Source: Promethearchaeota archaeon
GTDB taxonomy: Archaea > Asgardarchaeota > Lokiarchaeia > Sigyniarchaeales > SOKP01
Length of the DNA: 29,357 nt
Reading direction: 5' to 3'
Assembly: GCA_004524535.1 (NCBI GenBank)
Contig: SDNY01000038.1
Coordinates: forward strand, 1-29,357
The translations under genes were made by a program, and so were the position numbers. The notes beneath the pieces were generated by a model. The model searched no databases. It was not told where the DNA came from and was given only the letters and a program-made list of their open reading frames with translations. Shown here piece by piece: positions 26,971-29,357 of the stretch (positions within the stretch are counted from its first letter, which is position 1; each line of letters starts with the position of its first letter).

Positions 26971-27891
26971 CTAAGTTACGATGCCTAAAATTAATACTGG
27001 AATAACAAATACAACTATTGTAATATAAACATAATAAATTACCATAGCTGAGAGAGAAGAAATCCTATAAATCTTTTTCCTTTTGATATCTGTAATTCCA
27101 TCTAAGAATATTATTAATAACAACCCTATGAACATAAGATGAGAGGGTTGTAGCGCTTTCCAGAACATTGATTCAAATATTAAAATGCCTTCTACTGCCT
27201 CGTCGCTATGACCCCAATTGGTTAGCATCTGCATGAAGTAATCAGGAAAAATTATATATGGAATAAATGCTATAAAAAAAGGAACTAAGTAATAGATAAG
27301 GTCTTTAAATTTTATTTTCTTGGCAATAAGTAAAACCGGAAGAAATAGGAATGCATTTATTTTAAATGTAGCTAAAGTAAAAAGAATTCCCGCAATCCAT
27401 TTTTTATCTTTTTGTAATGCAAGAAAAGAATTGAATAAAAAGAATAGAATTAAAAAATTAACGTTATTAAAATACGCATCAACACTATAACCAATACAGC
27501 TTAAAATGTAAAATATGATTAAATCGGTTCGGCTTCCAAATATTTCTTTAGCTTTAAAGAATACATATACTACGGAGATTAATCTTAAAATATCCCAGAC
27601 ATATACACCAATTTCAATTGGTAGTAAATACATTGGATAAAACATAAAGTACCAAAAATATAAGTAATATGGAGGCCATGCTGATCCTTCTATAGGATCA
27701 TAAAAATTTATTAAGCCATTTTTTATCCCCTCTCTAAGAATTATAAAATCATAATCCCTTCTAGAGTAAATAAAGTAATTGCTATCGTTAAAATATAAGA
27801 AGATTCTGATTATTATGAGGATAATCGTAATAATGATTAGAGAAATGATAAAAATTAAATGAAATGGGTACTCCTGCTCATCATTACTCAT
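26971..27891 (-). CDS. Polytopic membrane protein, probable GT-C fold glycosyltransferase (GT87/DUF2029-like)
   Basis: Many TM helices, a loop with RDY…PPYYLY after TM1, and NNVN…AGILFTLATFK, which is typical of GT87-like proteins. Confidence 0.65.
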   Translation of the reverse strand: MSNDEQEYPFHLIFIISLIIITIILIIIRIFLYFNDSNYFIYSRRDYDFIILREGIKNGLINFYDPIEGSAWPPYYLYFWYFMFYPMYLLPIEIGVYVWDILRLISVVYVFFKAKEIFGSRTDLIIFYILSCIGYSVDAYFNNVNFLILFFLFNSFLALQKDKKWIAGILFTLATFKINAFLFLPVLLIAKKIKFKDLIYYLVPFFIAFIPYIIFPDYFMQMLTNWGHSDEAVEGILIFESMFWKALQPSHLMFIGLLLIIFLDGITDIKRKKIYRISSLSAMVIYYVYITIVVFVIPVLILGIVT

Positions 27892-28126
27892 AATTTTTCA
27901 AATTGATAAAAGAAAAAATAGCCTTAACCTATAAAATAATTTTTTTGTTATAAATTAAATTGATTTAATTTTCTGAAATCGCTTCTACGTTCCCAATTGC
28001 TCAGAATTATATATTATATATTCAGATTTATTTAATATTTAATACTCTATTCATTTATATTTGAATGAATGAAAATTATATATAACCTATAAAATTTTTA
28101 AAGTTCTTGTAAAAACAAAGGTATTG

Positions 28127-29357
28127 ATGCAATTGAGAAAAATTAAAAAAATTCAAGACGCTGAAAAAATAGCCGCAGGAGAAGTTGTTGAAAGACCGGC
28201 TAATGTTGTTAAAGAGCTAATAGAAAATAGTATAGATGCGGGATCACAAGAAATAAGATTAATCGTGAAGAAAGCAGGTAAAGCGCTAATTCAAATTATA
28301 GATGATGGTATAGGAATACCTCCTGATGATATTGAATTCGCTTTTGAGAGGCATACTAGCAGTAAGATAAGAAGTATTGAAGATTTAGATAATCTCCATA
28401 CGTTAGGATTTAGAGGAGAGGCTTTAGCTAGCATAGCCGCTGTAAGTCAAGTTGAAATAATTTCAAGAACAGAAGAAAAAGATTTAGGTATTCAATTATT
28501 TATAGAAGGAGGAAAAATAACAAAAAGAAAAGAAATCTCTTGTCCTATTGGGACGAATGTTAAAGTTAAAAACATATTTTATAATATCCCGGCTAGACAA
28601 AAATTTCTTAAATCAGATTCTACTGAACTTGGGCATATTACGGATATCATGCAAAGGTACGCACTTGCTTATCCTGATATTCATTTTATTTATAGACATA
28701 ACGATTTAGACATACTCAATTGCCCTCCTAACGATTTGAAAACCACAGTGTTTCATGTATACGGAAAATCAAACGCAAAATTTATGGAACCTATTAATTA
28801 TTCGGAGCAAGATATTAAAATATCTGGATTATTAGGACATCCACAAATTTCTAAAAAAAATAGAAATTACTCGAGTTTATTTATTAATCGTCGCTATGTT
28901 ATAAGCGACTTATTATTTAGAGCAATCCAAGAAGCTTATAAAGGAGTTTTAATGATTGGAAAACATCCCTTTTTTATATTAAATATTGAGTTAGATCCCT
29001 CAGTAATAGATTTTAATGTCCATCCGAAGAAGCTACATATTCGATTTGAACGAGACGAATATGTTTATAATAGGGTTTATAATATTATTCGAGGTTTTAT
29101 TGAAGAAAATTTTATCATCAAAGAGGCGAAATATATATCAACTGAGTTAGAGCTATTCATTCCCGGGAAGGAGAGCGATTTGATAAAGGAAAATACCCAT
29201 GAATTAGAAGAAATCAAAAGACCAATTAAAGAAATTCGGGAAAGAAAGAAGGATAAATCAACATCTAAAGAATTTTTAAATGAAAAAGGTGAATTAATCG
29301 ACGAGACAGTACAGCTACATTTGACAGATAATATAATTGGTGAGGAGGAAACAATGA
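28127..29357 (+). CDS. mutL: DNA mismatch repair protein MutL (5' part, runs off the window)
   Basis: Manual translation from ATG 28127: MQLRKIKKIQDAEKIAAGEVVERPANVVKELIENSIDAG…DDGIGI…RHTSSKI…LGFRGEALASIA…DFNVHPKK. The frame is still open at the window end. Confidence 0.96.
   Translation, partial: MQLRKIKKIQDAEKIAAGEVVERPANVVKELIENSIDAGSQEIRLIVKKAGKALIQIIDDGIGIPPDDIEFAFERHTSSKIRSIEDLDNLHTLGFRGEALASIAAVSQVEIISRTEEKDLGIQLFIEGGKITKRKEISCPIGTNVKVKNIFYNIPARQKFLKSDSTELGHITDIMQRYALAYPDIHFIYRHNDLDILNCPPNDLKTTVFHVYGKSNAKFMEPINYSEQDIKISGLLGHPQISKKNRNYSSLFINRRYVISDLLFRAIQEAYKGVLMIGKHPFFILNIELDPSVIDFNVHPKKLHIRFERDEYVYNRVYNIIRGFIEENFIIKEAKYISTELELFIPGKESDLIKENTHELEEIKRPIKEIRERKKDKSTSKEFLNEKGELIDETVQLHLTDNIIGEEETM

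Noticed and set aside
27892-28126. Weak inverted repeats upstream of mutL (ATTCATT-8nt-AATGAAT at 28049-28070; TTCTGA…TCAGAA), considered as an ncRNA or operator
   Set aside because: The arms are only 6-7 bp and AT-rich, as expected by chance. There is no GC-rich structured segment suggesting a tRNA or other RNA gene.

Overview
AT-rich (roughly 30% GC by eye), gene-dense archaeal DNA. The gene mix suggests an Asgard archaeon, probably Lokiarchaeia (inference): RIO2, a Sm/LSm protein, a Clp1-like kinase, an AbrB-PhoU regulator, an 8-PAS histidine kinase, a longin-like/P-loop protein and bacterial-type MutS/MutL. I support about 27 CDS. Two are absent from the ORF track: a gamma-glutamylcyclotransferase with no ATG/GTG/TTG in frame (12464-12811, minus strand, probable CTG start) and mutL, which runs off the right edge. 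No rRNA, tRNA, CRISPR array or intact transposon was seen. The best candidate for a new system is a two-gene unit at 3549-6186: a circularly permuted ATP-grasp ligase with TTL/YheCD-like motifs followed by a divergent M14 zinc carboxypeptidase, a possible peptide-tag writer/eraser pair. A very acidic Cys4 protein lies nearby. Other oddities are a longin-like domain fused to a GTPase stump, a 2-oxoacid:ferredoxin oxidoreductase cluster split by an antisense orphan sensor kinase, a 5'-truncated zinc-ribbon endonuclease, and a MutS with a coiled-coil insert and a beta-clamp-like motif. All family calls come from motif recognition, not from database searches.
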